64,000 nucleotides of DNA from an uncultured Pseudomonadales bacterium (GCA_964422035.1 CAYQZQ010000001.1:313013-377012); one strand, 5' to 3'; positions 47,433 through 58,212 are shown, counted from the stretch's first letter. The notes: a model not told the origin generated them from the letters alone. Numbers and translations: made by a program.

Positions 47433-47832
47433 CTTCTTTTTCAGATAAATACTGCTTGACTAACTGGATGTCTTTGAGGTCTTTGGGGCGAGCCATTTTC
47501 TTTTTGCTATCAATGAGATGTTTGAGTTTTACATATGGATGACCCTGGATCATCTCTGATTGTTTAATCATTTTCTGCACTTTTTTTGATGAAGTACCTG
47601 GCCAAGTAATCATGGCTTCAATGTCGCCTATTTCTACAAGTGTATTACCATTTAATATTTTTGTGGGATATTGTTTTTCTAGTTTTTCAAAAATAGAGGG
47701 GGTGACCAGAATATCGATGTCATCGGTTTTTCTGATGCCTCTGATTGCTAGAGGACCAGAGCCGAAAATAGCGTATTGATCAGTGGGTAAATTAAGCTCA
47801 TCGAGCTGACCTAAAAGATCTGAAAAATTCAT
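47422..47832 (-). CDS. Minimal nucleotidyltransferase-fold protein
   Basis: GSGPLAIRGIR..DDIDILV and C-terminal K....RPKD..DI. Confidence 0.65.
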   Translation of the reverse strand: MNFSDLLGQLDELNLPTDQYAIFGSGPLAIRGIRKTDDIDILVTPSIFEKLEKQYPTKILNGNTLVEIGDIEAMITWPGTSSKKVQKMIKQSEMIQGHPYVKLKHLIDSKKKMARPKDLKDIQLVKQYLSEKEATD

Positions 47833-49559
47833 TTTTTTAAGTAAATTGCCAGCAAGCCTAATGAGGCTAGAGTAAGCCAGTTAGCTATAGTTCTGATAGG
47901 GGTGTTGTGTAGCTGCGCAGAGATGTGGTGAGTACCTTGAGGTATAGTGAGTCTTACCCTACCTAAGGTTGGCTCGTGGGTATGTTGTACGGGCTTAGAA
48001 TCCATCTTAAATTGCCAGTTAGGGTAGTCAAACAAGGGCACTTGAATAAGGGCAGACTCGGAGGCTACTTGAGCTGTAAACTGAAGCCAGTCTGTGCCTG
48101 ATTGATAGTTTTTTATGCCTCCAGTTCCTTCTATATATAGAGGATATTGATGAGCTGGGCCTCCAGGGGGTTTTTGGGCTGCTTTGGGTAGATAGTCAAA
48201 GATGCCACCGGTGGCTTGAAGCTCCCAGAGCAGGCCGGATAGTTTTTCAGGCCGGGCAACAGTCATTTGTTTTTCAATTTTGAAGAAAGGAAGATTCCAG
48301 ATTATTGTGGAACCGATCAGACCGAAAGTGACTACCGCCAGCAACCATTTTTTGAAATCGATGTTTTTAAGCAGATAAATTAAACCGCCGGCGACAAAAG
48401 AGAAGGTAAAAGCAGGAATGGCTAGGAGACGCCAGGGGAACTGAGCAAAGTATAGAAGAGGGATGTTTTGCCAGAACCAGATAGAGCGGGGATGAATTAA
48501 GAAGATGTAGATCAAAGTTAAAGGCCACAGAGAGACTAGTACCAACTTGATGGGTTTTTTGAGAAGAGCTTTTAACTGCTTTTGCTTGAGATAATCTTTT
48601 AGAAGAGAGATAAAAATAACAGTGGAGACGAGAAGACTGACGATCCAGTGGAAGTGGCCTATGGGGAAGGCCATGTCATCCTGAGGACCCCAGATAGAAC
48701 CGCCATACCCCCAGAAACGGGAAACAAACATCTGGTTTAGGTCAGCAAAGTGAGCCAAGAAGTTGAAGTAGCCAACAGTCATGGACTCAACATGAACGAG
48801 GTTTTTCTCAAAAAGAACTACTAGGAAAAAGAAGGCGGCTATACCGATTGACCAGATGCCAGAGAGAATAAGAGGTTTAAGCTTTTGCCATTTGTTGGTA
48901 ACTGCCAGCCAGTAGAAGACCCACAAAGCAAGCAGTGGACTGAATATTAAGACCATGACGTTGTGTGACAAAAGCAGGGCAGCAAAAGAAAGAGTCAGGA
49001 AAGGAATGTATTTTTTCTTATTGGTTTGTATCAGTTGATAAGCGTTGTAAAAGATAAGAGGAAACCAAACTAAAGCCCAAGCTTCATTGGCTGCCCCCCT
49101 TACGTAGATGTCAACTGAGTGGTAAGGGGCGTAAATATAAAAGAGTGCTGATAAAAGACCGCCTAGTTTGCCGAAAAATTTCTTGGCCAACAAAAACATT
49201 GTCAAGCCCGGCAGGACCATGGCTAAGATAAACATGATTTTGATTGACCAGAAGAGATTGAAACCAATAACATTAAAAAATTCGGCGACAAAGTAAGGCA
49301 ATGGAGGATAGTAGTTAAACATAGGATACCCATAACCATAACCGGCATCAGGAATCCAGCGACAAGGAATTTGTCCATCTATAAAGCATTGATGGAATTG
49401 TTGAAGACGCAGAATTTGAAGATCATCATGCATAGGGAAATAACCAGGTAATAAAAGATCCCAGATAGCAGGAATTGACAAGGCAATGATTAGAACATAC
49501 CAGCGGTTCTTTTTTATAAACTTCCAGATGGATGAGAATAAAGAGTTGATAAAATTCAT
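47829..49559 (-). CDS. GT-C membrane protein (YfhO / PTPS-related membrane family)
   Basis: HD...RW.PD...GYGYP.FNYYPPL, APYH..D.Y.RG, QFPWR. Confidence 0.8.
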   Translation of the reverse strand: MNFINSLFSSIWKFIKKNRWYVLIIALSIPAIWDLLLPGYFPMHDDLQILRLQQFHQCFIDGQIPCRWIPDAGYGYGYPMFNYYPPLPYFVAEFFNVIGFNLFWSIKIMFILAMVLPGLTMFLLAKKFFGKLGGLLSALFYIYAPYHSVDIYVRGAANEAWALVWFPLIFYNAYQLIQTNKKKYIPFLTLSFAALLLSHNVMVLIFSPLLALWVFYWLAVTNKWQKLKPLILSGIWSIGIAAFFFLVVLFEKNLVHVESMTVGYFNFLAHFADLNQMFVSRFWGYGGSIWGPQDDMAFPIGHFHWIVSLLVSTVIFISLLKDYLKQKQLKALLKKPIKLVLVSLWPLTLIYIFLIHPRSIWFWQNIPLLYFAQFPWRLLAIPAFTFSFVAGGLIYLLKNIDFKKWLLAVVTFGLIGSTIIWNLPFFKIEKQMTVARPEKLSGLLWELQATGGIFDYLPKAAQKPPGGPAHQYPLYIEGTGGIKNYQSGTDWLQFTAQVASESALIQVPLFDYPNWQFKMDSKPVQHTHEPTLGRVRLTIPQGTHHISAQLHNTPIRTIANWLTLASLGLLAIYLKK

Positions 49560-50662
49560 GTAGCTTTAATTATAGATAAAAAACGCAACGATAACAGGTA
49601 GGCTGCAGGAAGAATGATAAGTAAGTGACGAGGATAGACCGCTTCAAAAGAAAAAAGCAGTAAGCTGATTAGTAACCAAAGATACAAAGGCAGAGCTTTA
49701 AAATCAAAGTTTTTGCTGATCTTGCTTAGTGGCAAACTTAGCAACCCTAAAGAGATAAAGACCGGCCAACCAGGCCACCAGCTTTGAACTGAGACTACTC
49801 CATCACCCCACCAGGTGTGCCAACGATTACGATAAATAAGATCCCAGACTAGTCCGGGTGACAGTTGAGGACTACCTACCCACCAGCTTAATACAAAGCG
49901 CTGATATGAAGCGAAGTCAAGCAAAGATGGATGATGGATGAAAAACGAAAAATGACCAACTAAAAAGCCAATAAGTACCCCTGCGCCAGCCAGCAAGTGA
50001 TTTATAAAACGCTTAAAGTTGCCGGAGAGAAGAGTGGTTAACACCAGCGCAGCCAACAGAGGCAAGGAGCTAATAAAGATTTTGCTTGAGAAAGCTAGAC
50101 CTAAAGATAACTGAGAGATAAATATATGGGTAAACTTATCTTTTTTAAGCCAAAGAATATAAAAATATATTGATAGCAAAGAAAAGAAGAGTAAGTAGAC
50201 GTCAAGCATAGTTTTGGTAAGAGTGGGCAAAAATAAAGGCTCGAAAGAAAAAACTATCAAAGTTAAAAAAGCAATTTTTTGGGAAAAGAATTGACTGGTT
50301 AGAAGATAAATCAACAGTAAAACTGCTAGACCGAAAAGAAAATTAATCCAAACTGGATTACCAAAGATGTATGTTGAGATGCCAATCAGGTACTTACCTA
50401 AAGGAGGATGGCCGGGGGTGATGTTTTTAAGATCTCTCCCCTCTTGGATTAGAAAAAAACCTTCGGTGGCATACAGCTGGGAATCTGACAAGATATAATC
50501 TGCTTTGTCTCCTTTTACGTAAGCAGAGTTGAAGTATCTTTGTTGAGCTTTTTGTGGATCAAAAGATGAACTGAAAATAGATGAGTTGGTGAAGACAATA
50601 AAGAGAGCATAGATAAGCAAGTAGATGTAAGGGAGAATGGAAGTTAGTTTGGACCTGTCCAT
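49556..50662 (-). CDS. GT-C (PMT-like) membrane glycosyltransferase
   Basis: SD.QLY, HPPLGKYLIG, MLD; related to the N-terminal part of 25501-27483. Confidence 0.75.
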   Translation of the reverse strand: MDRSKLTSILPYIYLLIYALFIVFTNSSIFSSSFDPQKAQQRYFNSAYVKGDKADYILSDSQLYATEGFFLIQEGRDLKNITPGHPPLGKYLIGISTYIFGNPVWINFLFGLAVLLLIYLLTSQFFSQKIAFLTLIVFSFEPLFLPTLTKTMLDVYLLFFSLLSIYFYILWLKKDKFTHIFISQLSLGLAFSSKIFISSLPLLAALVLTTLLSGNFKRFINHLLAGAGVLIGFLVGHFSFFIHHPSLLDFASYQRFVLSWWVGSPQLSPGLVWDLIYRNRWHTWWGDGVVSVQSWWPGWPVFISLGLLSLPLSKISKNFDFKALPLYLWLLISLLLFSFEAVYPRHLLIILPAAYLLSLRFLSIIKAT

Positions 50663-50663
50663 A

Positions 50664-52169
50664 TTATTCTACCAGTTGATAGAACTGTAGAACTTCACGA
50701 GTTTTGTCAGGTCGAGGGGATTTTGGATATTGGGCGATAAGGTCAAGTCTTTCTAGATGTTGGGGAGTAAGCTTATTGCGAGATTTGTTAACCACCAGAT
50801 AAACTAAGTTTTCTTCCAGAGCTGAAGAAAGCGATTGAGAAATTTCAGAAACAGGATAACTTAAGCCAATAACGGTTACGTTGGGAACGTCTTGTAAATA
50901 TATTTGAAGCCCATCCGGAAGAGTGCCAAAAAAGCCTTCGGTGCCGATTAGTATTGATTGGCCATCTTGGGCTTTAAATTTAATGTACTGAGAAATTTCT
51001 TCTTGCCCGTAACCAGCTGTCCATTCTTGAAAGTATCCATGCCTCATCCGTTGAGGTAAAGCGGCACTGGCCGGTTGAGTTAGGAGGTTAAAAGTTATGG
51101 TTGCAGGCCAGATTATAGTAACAGCCAATAAAATCAGTCCGGCTTTGGGAAAGTTTTTTATAAGTTTTGAGACACTTGAGGCGGCTAAAACAAGCAAGGG
51201 AACGGCGGCGAAGAGTAGGTATCGAGGTGTATAAACCTTAGCTACGGAAGCTTGAGCCAGCAGTGGAAGCAGTGACCAGAGGAAAATAACTTTTAGAGAG
51301 CGGTTTTTGGAAAATAAAGCTGCAAAAACAAGCACAAAGGCCGGCCAACCCAAGAGAGTACCCAGCCAAGCAAAAGTACTTTTAAGATTACCAGTTAGAG
51401 GATTAAAGGGGTGCTGGAGGACTTCAGAAAAAGAGAATAGATAGTCCTGATTGCGAGAGTTAATTAAGTGGAAGTTAGGGCCAAGGCGCATGATGTTGTA
51501 GAAGATAAAGGCAACCAGACCGGACACCACCCAACCACCAATGATTTTGGTGATTTTTTGTTTATCAAGAGTGGTGGAAAGAAGAAACACCGGCTGAAGA
51601 AGTATTAAAAAGATACTGGGTGATTTAGTTAGTAGGGCCCCTCCTAATACAAAACCTAAAAGAAGAGACAGATCAAGCCGAGGCGTATCGACAAGTAGTA
51701 AGCCTAGGATAATAGACCAAACTGCGAAGGCGGCTAGCATAGAGTCAACCAGAGCTAGGCGATCAAAGAAAAAGGTATAAGGCAAGATGATGTAAAAAAG
51801 AGAAGAAATTAATGTAGCAAGTCTTGATTTAGTAACTAGCCAAGTTAGAAAGGCAATACCAAGCAAGGTAACCAAACCAGCGGCTACCGAGACTGCCCTA
51901 CCTGCAACCAATGGATCAGAGAAGAACTGAAGGATAAACATCAGAATCCACATAAATAAAGGCTGCTTGCCGTCTGATAGGGGTAAAAACCTTAGAGTGG
52001 GTTCGTTGCGCATAACCTGGGCCCAGCGAACGTAAATTGCTTCATCTACAAAGACGGGGATCAGATCAAGATTAATTAGACGAATTGCAAAATAAGCAGC
52101 ACCTACAACAATTGCTGTAGGTATAAAAGGCTTTTTGAAAAGTTTTTTTATATCTTTGAGTTTATTCAT
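50664..52169 (-). CDS. GT-C (ArnT-like) membrane glycosyltransferase
   Basis: PVFVDEAIY.RWA, DGKQPLF.W, FFDR.AL.D, PRY. Confidence 0.82.
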   Translation of the reverse strand: MNKLKDIKKLFKKPFIPTAIVVGAAYFAIRLINLDLIPVFVDEAIYVRWAQVMRNEPTLRFLPLSDGKQPLFMWILMFILQFFSDPLVAGRAVSVAAGLVTLLGIAFLTWLVTKSRLATLISSLFYIILPYTFFFDRLALVDSMLAAFAVWSIILGLLLVDTPRLDLSLLLGFVLGGALLTKSPSIFLILLQPVFLLSTTLDKQKITKIIGGWVVSGLVAFIFYNIMRLGPNFHLINSRNQDYLFSFSEVLQHPFNPLTGNLKSTFAWLGTLLGWPAFVLVFAALFSKNRSLKVIFLWSLLPLLAQASVAKVYTPRYLLFAAVPLLVLAASSVSKLIKNFPKAGLILLAVTIIWPATITFNLLTQPASAALPQRMRHGYFQEWTAGYGQEEISQYIKFKAQDGQSILIGTEGFFGTLPDGLQIYLQDVPNVTVIGLSYPVSEISQSLSSALEENLVYLVVNKSRNKLTPQHLERLDLIAQYPKSPRPDKTREVLQFYQLVE

Positions 52170-52214
52170 TTATTAAGTTAAGGATAAGCAAGCTGGCAGC
52201 TAACTAGGTGATGT

Positions 52215-52970
52215 TTAGTACTTGCCTGTTAAATCGTTTAGTTTGACTCTTAAAATTTGCTTGAGCATGTCTGTTGATTCTTTAAGGAAGTTTTTACCCT
52301 TACCTGTGGCCACATCCTCATCCTGCCAGGCAACATCTACTTCTTTTAGCTTGTGACCATATTTTTTAGCTAAAAAGAGAAGTTCGACATCAAAGGCAGA
52401 GACGGACCAGCCGGAGTCGTTATCAATATTTTGAATAACCTCAAGTTGAGGGAAGATCTCTTGAGCTATTGGACGACGCATTGATTTAAAGCCACATTGG
52501 GTGTCGACCACACCTCTTAGTAAAAATATTTGCCTGATGGCTCGGAAGCCCCATGAAGTAAGCTGGCGATACCAAGGAAAGTTTTTACGAGCTTTGCCGC
52601 GAGAGCCATAGACCACGTCGTAGTCTTGCTTGTAATAAGGGAGCAGCTTTTCAAGTTCTTTTAGGGGTGTTGACTGATCCATGTCTGTAAAGAGGATGAT
52701 CTCTCCTTTTGCATTCTTTATTCCCTGGTAGATTGCCCAAGCTTTACCTCCGTGCTTGTTTTCCAAGGTCTTAAAACCCTCATTTTCACTGGCAAAGTCT
52801 TTTATCATCTTAAGACTACCATCGGTGGAAGCATCATCTGAGAGAATTACCTCCCAGGTGAAGTCTACATCTTTAAGATAATCTTTCACCTGATCAAGAA
52901 CTCCACGCTGGATGTTTTCTTTTTCGTTGTAGTTGGGAATGATAATGGATACGCGAGGTTGATTAGACAT
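52215..52970 (-). CDS. GT2 polyprenol-phosphate glucosyltransferase (ALG5-like)
   Basis: IPNYNE, DD.STD, GKA, F.DMD, GSR, DTQCGFK, FDVELL. Confidence 0.9.
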   Translation of the reverse strand: MSNQPRVSIIIPNYNEKENIQRGVLDQVKDYLKDVDFTWEVILSDDASTDGSLKMIKDFASENEGFKTLENKHGGKAWAIYQGIKNAKGEIILFTDMDQSTPLKELEKLLPYYKQDYDVVYGSRGKARKNFPWYRQLTSWGFRAIRQIFLLRGVVDTQCGFKSMRRPIAQEIFPQLEVIQNIDNDSGWSVSAFDVELLFLAKKYGHKLKEVDVAWQDEDVATGKGKNFLKESTDMLKQILRVKLNDLTGKY

Positions 52971-53026
52971 TATGCCCTAAGTATAACTTATGAGAATTAG
53001 CCTGCCAAATTATCAAGGTTAATTAA

Positions 53027-54526
53027 TTATTTTCTAGTTCGGCGCTGAACTACTATACCGCCAAAACGGGCCTGATCTTCTACTTTGGCTATGGACTGCT
53101 GCCTTTGAAGCCATTTTTCTAACCTTTGAGGATGTTGTGTATCAACTTCATAGAGAGTATAAAGCAGAGGGATTTGCTCTTTGGAGGGAAGTTTTTGATA
53201 CTCTTTTTGTCCGTACCACTCAAAAAGGTAATCATATGAGTGAGGTAAAACCGGAGGAACGTAGACGTCAAGGTTGAATTTTTTGTCTTCTGCATCTTGA
53301 TAGATCCAGTCAATGGCCTGAATTTGGTTGCCTAAACTAATGTGGGTTTCTCCATCAACACCGGCAATTAAATAATTTTTCAGATTGATGTAGTTTGGGT
53401 ATATAAAGGTGGTAAGGAAAAGCAACGGGACAAGAAGAAGGAACTTGTTGCTAAGCAGTTTATCTAAAACTACAGCTATTAAGATTGCAGACAAGGGAAA
53501 TAGGCCCATTAAGTAATAGCTATAGAAGTTGCCTTGATTGCCCTGATAGAAAAGTAAAATTAATAAAGGCACAAATATTAAGGTAGTAAGCAAACTGACT
53601 CGCTTTCTATTTTTCTTTCTGAGTAAATAGAAAAACACAAATACCAAGAAAAGAGTAAGGGATTTGGCGTGTCGAGGAGTGTATATATTTTGAAATGACT
53701 GAAAGTAAAAACCGAGTCTTTCGATGATCTTTGACCAGGCAAAAGCAAAGCTGGCTTGTTGGGAGTCAGCAAAGTGCTTGATAACTGCCTTGCGCATAAT
53801 TCCGTCGTGAACCAGATCAAAGACAATTTGAGGAAGAAGAGTAGCAAAAAATACGCCTGAAGACACAAGAGCAGTTTTTTTGGTTGGTCGAATTGAAGAG
53901 TTGATAAGGAGCAACAACAAGATGGCGGGAATAAACCAGATCTCAGAAGCTATCTCAAACTGAAGATTTAAGCCAACCATTAGAGCAACAATCGGCCACC
54001 AGATATGAGGTTTTTTATTATCTTTAATCTGAAGCAGTCCGTAGAGCATGATAGGGACCGAGGTAAAAATCGGGGAAGGATTAGACAGCCAGCGAGACAA
54101 ACCAACTAGGTGTCGAGAAAAACCAACCAATAAAACCGCTAGCAGGCCAGCTCTTTTTGATGAAATTTTTTTGGCGGAAAGATAGATAAAAACAAGACCA
54201 AACATGTTAATTATCTGTAACCAGATAGCTGCCACGATAGGGCTACCTTTTCCAACTAGATAGGCTGGCAAGAGAAGATAGTAGAAGGCGGGACCTCTGA
54301 GTATGCCAGCTAGACCAGTGGTTGGACCCACTAGAGCAGGATCAAGTTGGGCATATATTTTTTTGATTGCTAAAGCGTCGCGCCCCTGATCATAGAAAAA
54401 GTAAAGTAATTTGTCAGTTCTGTAGACACGGACAAAGAAAGCCCCGGCTAAAAGTATTATTAAAAGAGAATAGTGAACAGGATGCTTTTGAAAAGCTTTT
54501 TTAAGTTTTAAAAAAAATTGTTTCAT
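53027..54526 (-). CDS. GT-C (ArnT-like) membrane glycosyltransferase
   Basis: F.YDQGRD, GP......GP.FYY, SRW.SNP. Confidence 0.82.
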   Translation of the reverse strand: MKQFFLKLKKAFQKHPVHYSLLIILLAGAFFVRVYRTDKLLYFFYDQGRDALAIKKIYAQLDPALVGPTTGLAGILRGPAFYYLLLPAYLVGKGSPIVAAIWLQIINMFGLVFIYLSAKKISSKRAGLLAVLLVGFSRHLVGLSRWLSNPSPIFTSVPIMLYGLLQIKDNKKPHIWWPIVALMVGLNLQFEIASEIWFIPAILLLLLINSSIRPTKKTALVSSGVFFATLLPQIVFDLVHDGIMRKAVIKHFADSQQASFAFAWSKIIERLGFYFQSFQNIYTPRHAKSLTLFLVFVFFYLLRKKNRKRVSLLTTLIFVPLLILLFYQGNQGNFYSYYLMGLFPLSAILIAVVLDKLLSNKFLLLVPLLFLTTFIYPNYINLKNYLIAGVDGETHISLGNQIQAIDWIYQDAEDKKFNLDVYVPPVLPHSYDYLFEWYGQKEYQKLPSKEQIPLLYTLYEVDTQHPQRLEKWLQRQQSIAKVEDQARFGGIVVQRRTRK

Positions 54527-54529
54527 AAG

Positions 54530-55501
54530 CTAAGAATTTGATTTGACGGTATCTAGAAACTCCTGCTCTGCTTTGATCAATGGTTTTTCCAGACGGAAGC
54601 CGGCCGCGTTTTTGTGGCCCCCACCATTTAGTTTCTCGGCAATTTGGGATACATCAAACTCTGGCTTACGAGAGCGCAGTGAGCCATATGTAAAACCTTC
54701 CTCCTTTTCGACCAGAACAGCACCAAAATTAGTGTCTTTGATGCGACTGATTAAGGTATTGGCAAATCTTGACATACCCAGATCATCAACGTCTTGAGAT
54801 TCTTTGAAAGACAGGGTTGTGTAAACAAAACTATTGTCTGCAGAAGCCTTTAGATTTGCAAGCATTGTTCCCCAGGCTTTGAGTTGGCGATATTTTAAGT
54901 TGCGTGAAAGTTCGACGAGACAACGATCGTAGTCACCGCCTGCTTCGATAAGGATGGCTGCCATACGAAGTGAATCAGAAGAGGTATTAAAGTTTTGAAA
55001 AGCACCGGTGTCGCCTACAAGGCCATATAGCAGACAAGTGGCAATTTCTGGAGTTATATCAATTTTTAACTCCTTGAGTAGATAAAAAATCATTTGAGCA
55101 GCCGAGGAAGCTTTAGTATCTATCCATTGATGAGTGCCTTTAATTTTATTGCCAGGGTGATGATCGATGTTGATTATTGGTTTTTGAAAATCTGGCCCGG
55201 GTGTATGGTGAGTAACTAGCCCCCATTTGGGAGTGTCAAGAGAGATGTAGACATTAAAGATTTGTTTTTCAATCATTTCTGGCAAGTTTTCGTGGCTGAT
55301 TGAGTCAACTGAGGGCAGAAAATCAGAGGAAGCAGGGAGCCTGTCTTCAGAGTACAGATAAAAATCTTTATCAAGTTGCTCTAGAGCGAGCTTTAAAGCC
55401 AAAGCAGAGCCGATTGAGTCAGCGTCGGGAGAAAGGTGAATGTGGCCCAGAAAGCCTTTGTTTTCTTTTATGCTATCAATTACTTGTTTGGGTATATTCA
55501 C
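54530..55501 (-). CDS. DHH/DHHA1 phosphoesterase (NrnA-like), second copy
   Basis: H.SPDAD..GS, IDHH, GDTG.F, SLRS, GGGH.NAAG. Confidence 0.92.
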   Translation of the reverse strand: MNIPKQVIDSIKENKGFLGHIHLSPDADSIGSALALKLALEQLDKDFYLYSEDRLPASSDFLPSVDSISHENLPEMIEKQIFNVYISLDTPKWGLVTHHTPGPDFQKPIINIDHHPGNKIKGTHQWIDTKASSAAQMIFYLLKELKIDITPEIATCLLYGLVGDTGAFQNFNTSSDSLRMAAILIEAGGDYDRCLVELSRNLKYRQLKAWGTMLANLKASADNSFVYTTLSFKESQDVDDLGMSRFANTLISRIKDTNFGAVLVEKEEGFTYGSLRSRKPEFDVSQIAEKLNGGGHKNAAGFRLEKPLIKAEQEFLDTVKSNS

Positions 55502-56979
55502 TTATGGATTAGTCTAAATATTTCAATGTGATCGATCTGCCATTGATCGGTGGTTTTGGCGGGACCAAATATAGCCACTTGGTATTGCGCATCTCCCTCG
55601 GGCTGACAGTCTTGTTTTTCACAGACCACAAATAACTGCTCAGAGAGTTTCTCTTCTCCACGAAAGAAGTTGGCGTCTTTGTTTTCTAAAAAGTAGCGAT
55701 ATGATTCATCATAGTTTTGTTTGGCTATTAAGGCGAAGTTAAAAGGCTCGCCTTGCGACTTGTCGATGACAAAATCAACAACCTCTTCTGTTCTCTGAAG
55801 TTGTCTGTTGGGAGTTTGTTTTAGGGGCGAGTTTTCAATGGAAAGGACGACTAAAAATACAAAGACAATAATGGATAAGACTTTAAGCCTACCTTTAAAT
55901 AAACGCCAGAGAAGATAAGCAATGAGAATGTAGATGGCAGGATAAAGAAAACCAAAGTAGTGAGCATATACGTGTTGTTTGTAAAGACCCAACCCAAAAA
56001 TACCGGTGACTAGCCAGGTTATAAGCAAAAAGTACTGACGTTTGTGGGAAGAGGTGCGAATAAAGTAAAAGATGGTGAGGATTGTCATCACAATGGAGGT
56101 TAAGATAGCTGAAAGAGCGCTTGTGGAAAGAACTAAATCGGAGGTGAACTTGTTGATAACCAACATAAAGCGATTGGATTTGGTTGGATCAAGATTAATA
56201 GTGGTTTGCCTGTTGGTGAAGAATGTCTTGAAGGCGTTGTAGTTTAGAAAGTCATGCTTTAGGTCGAACAAGACTAAGGGGCTCATTAAAAATATAAATG
56301 CAAGCAGGGCAAAAATTGAGTAGCGGACAAATTGAGCACGATTTTCTTTGTTGGGCCATACTTCAATGGCTGTAATTAGCCAGAAAATACCAAGAACAGG
56401 AATTAATAAAAGGCCCAGATAATGCATTTGTAGGGCAAAAGCTAAGGCGACTGCAGTTATAACAATATAGATAAAGCGCCGGTGTTGCCATAATTGCCAG
56501 ATTGACCAAATTGACAGAAGTGCAAAAAAGGGCATGGGATTGGGGTTCCAGGAGGTGCGACCGTAGATAATGGCAACGGGAGAGATGGCATAAAACAAGG
56601 AAGCTACCAAACCTACAGCTGGAGCGAACCAGGTGCGAGCAGCCCACCAGATAAAGATAGTAGTTATAGTAGACAAGATAGCCACCATGACGGCAGGACC
56701 GACAGGACTTAAGTTCCATAACCACAAAAAGGGAGCCATCATGTAGTAATACAGAGGACCCAGATACATATTACCGATACTGGTTTGAGGACCAATAAAA
56801 ACCAGATCTCCTTGAATAAGGTTGCGAACAACCCTGACGTCACGCCCTTCGTCACCTAAGAAGGTTAAGTATTGGGGAATTTTATAAAGGCGCAAAACTA
56901 GAGCCAGTAAAGCTATAACTGAGATGATTAACACCTCGCGACGATTGCTGGAGATGAATGTTTTAATCTTTTGAATCAT
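55498..56979 (-). CDS. GT-C (ArnT-like) membrane glycosyltransferase
   Basis: FLGDEGRD, IGP.TS.G..YLGP.YYY, SWNPN. Confidence 0.85.
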   Translation of the reverse strand: MIQKIKTFISSNRREVLIISVIALLALVLRLYKIPQYLTFLGDEGRDVRVVRNLIQGDLVFIGPQTSIGNMYLGPLYYYMMAPFLWLWNLSPVGPAVMVAILSTITTIFIWWAARTWFAPAVGLVASLFYAISPVAIIYGRTSWNPNPMPFFALLSIWSIWQLWQHRRFIYIVITAVALAFALQMHYLGLLLIPVLGIFWLITAIEVWPNKENRAQFVRYSIFALLAFIFLMSPLVLFDLKHDFLNYNAFKTFFTNRQTTINLDPTKSNRFMLVINKFTSDLVLSTSALSAILTSIVMTILTIFYFIRTSSHKRQYFLLITWLVTGIFGLGLYKQHVYAHYFGFLYPAIYILIAYLLWRLFKGRLKVLSIIVFVFLVVLSIENSPLKQTPNRQLQRTEEVVDFVIDKSQGEPFNFALIAKQNYDESYRYFLENKDANFFRGEEKLSEQLFVVCEKQDCQPEGDAQYQVAIFGPAKTTDQWQIDHIEIFRLIHK

Positions 56980-57694
56980 TTGAAAGGAAATTTAGTTTAT
57001 ACCAAAGAACAAGTGACTCTTTGACAGCTTTTAGGATAACTTTAAAATCAGCGCCAGTGGCGGTACCAACAGTGCGTGGATAATGATGAACACCGATTTG
57101 TTTGAAGCTAAAACCTTTTTGCTTGGCTCTGATTAAAAACTCAGCTTCGGTAAAGGCAGACTCGGTACTGAGAGTTATGTTATCAACCACTTTGTCTTTA
57201 ACCACCTTAAAACCACAGTCGATGTCTTTAACCCAGAGACTAAAGAGCAACCATACCCAAAGTTTCCATAAAAGAGCATTAAGCTTTCTTAGAATATTAT
57301 CCTTACGATCTAGGCGGTAGCCTATGACAAGATCATGTTCACCTATAAAGGGTAAGAACTTGTCAATTTCTGAGTAATCAAACTGTCCGTCGGAGTCAAT
57401 AAATGAAATGTGAGAGTATTTACTTTCCTTTAAGCCGGTTTTGAGAGCGCCACCATAGCCGCGGTTAGGATCATGGGTAATCATGTGAAGATTATCGTTT
57501 TTCTTGATTAGTTTTTCGACCACCTTGGCAGTATCATCGGTAGAGCCGTCGTTGACTACTAATATTTCGTACTTGCCGGCAATTTTTTGTAAGATTTTAT
57601 TGGATTTGTTTATCGTTTGATCGATTACTTCCTGCTCGTTATAGGTAGGTAAAAAAAGTGAAATTTCGGAAACTTTGGGTTGGTTTTTGGTCAT
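56963..57694 (-). CDS. GT2 polyprenol-phosphate glycosyltransferase
   Basis: P.YNE, VNDGSTD, NRGYGGA, DSDGQF, DIDCGFK. Confidence 0.9.
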   Translation of the reverse strand: MTKNQPKVSEISLFLPTYNEQEVIDQTINKSNKILQKIAGKYEILVVNDGSTDDTAKVVEKLIKKNDNLHMITHDPNRGYGGALKTGLKESKYSHISFIDSDGQFDYSEIDKFLPFIGEHDLVIGYRLDRKDNILRKLNALLWKLWVWLLFSLWVKDIDCGFKVVKDKVVDNITLSTESAFTEAEFLIRAKQKGFSFKQIGVHHYPRTVGTATGADFKVILKAVKESLVLWYKLNFLSNDSKD

Positions 57695-57725
57695 GGTGGA
57701 TTAAGTATATCAGAGGCAAGAGTTT

Positions 57726-58148
57726 CTATTGCTCAAACTGAGTATCGCTATCTAAAAGAGGACTCTCTTGAAGATCCAATCGTACCAACTGAGCCTCATT
57801 TTGGGGAAAGAAGCGACGGACTTCATCTGGCTCATACTTATCATCAATCTGATCAAGATGATCTTTCATATCAACCGCTTCATCGAGAGTGACTGTAGCA
57901 GGAATTTTAACGGCTGCAATCTCTACTAGGCATTGGTTTATTTCTTGTAAATCCTGATACCAAGCAGGAGGATCGTTTTCTGCTATGTCAAGAGGAAGAA
58001 ATAAGTAGATCTGCTCATCAACAGATTCATACAAGAAAGGAAGAGTGGTGTGACGATATTGGTTATTATCAGGATTTTCGGTATGAAGAATAAGTTCGTC
58101 TACTCCTAGAAAATCTTGATCGAGATTTTGGTTTGGTTTGATTGACAT
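57726..58148 (-). CDS. Acidic hypothetical protein
   Basis: 140-aa ORF with its own -10 box 6 nt upstream; no recognised motif. Confidence 0.6.
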   Translation of the reverse strand: MSIKPNQNLDQDFLGVDELILHTENPDNNQYRHTTLPFLYESVDEQIYLFLPLDIAENDPPAWYQDLQEINQCLVEIAAVKIPATVTLDEAVDMKDHLDQIDDKYEPDEVRRFFPQNEAQLVRLDLQESPLLDSDTQFEQ

Positions 58149-58212
58149 AAATATATGATAACAAAAAGAATTAATATTTTAAGGAAGCTAAGTTCAATGG
58201 TAAGATTAATTT

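Noticed and set aside
47422-47832. MNT-HEPN toxin-antitoxin pair or a third cassette
   Set aside because: No adjacent HEPN gene or att-like palindrome; it overlaps the preceding GT-C gene as part of that operon.
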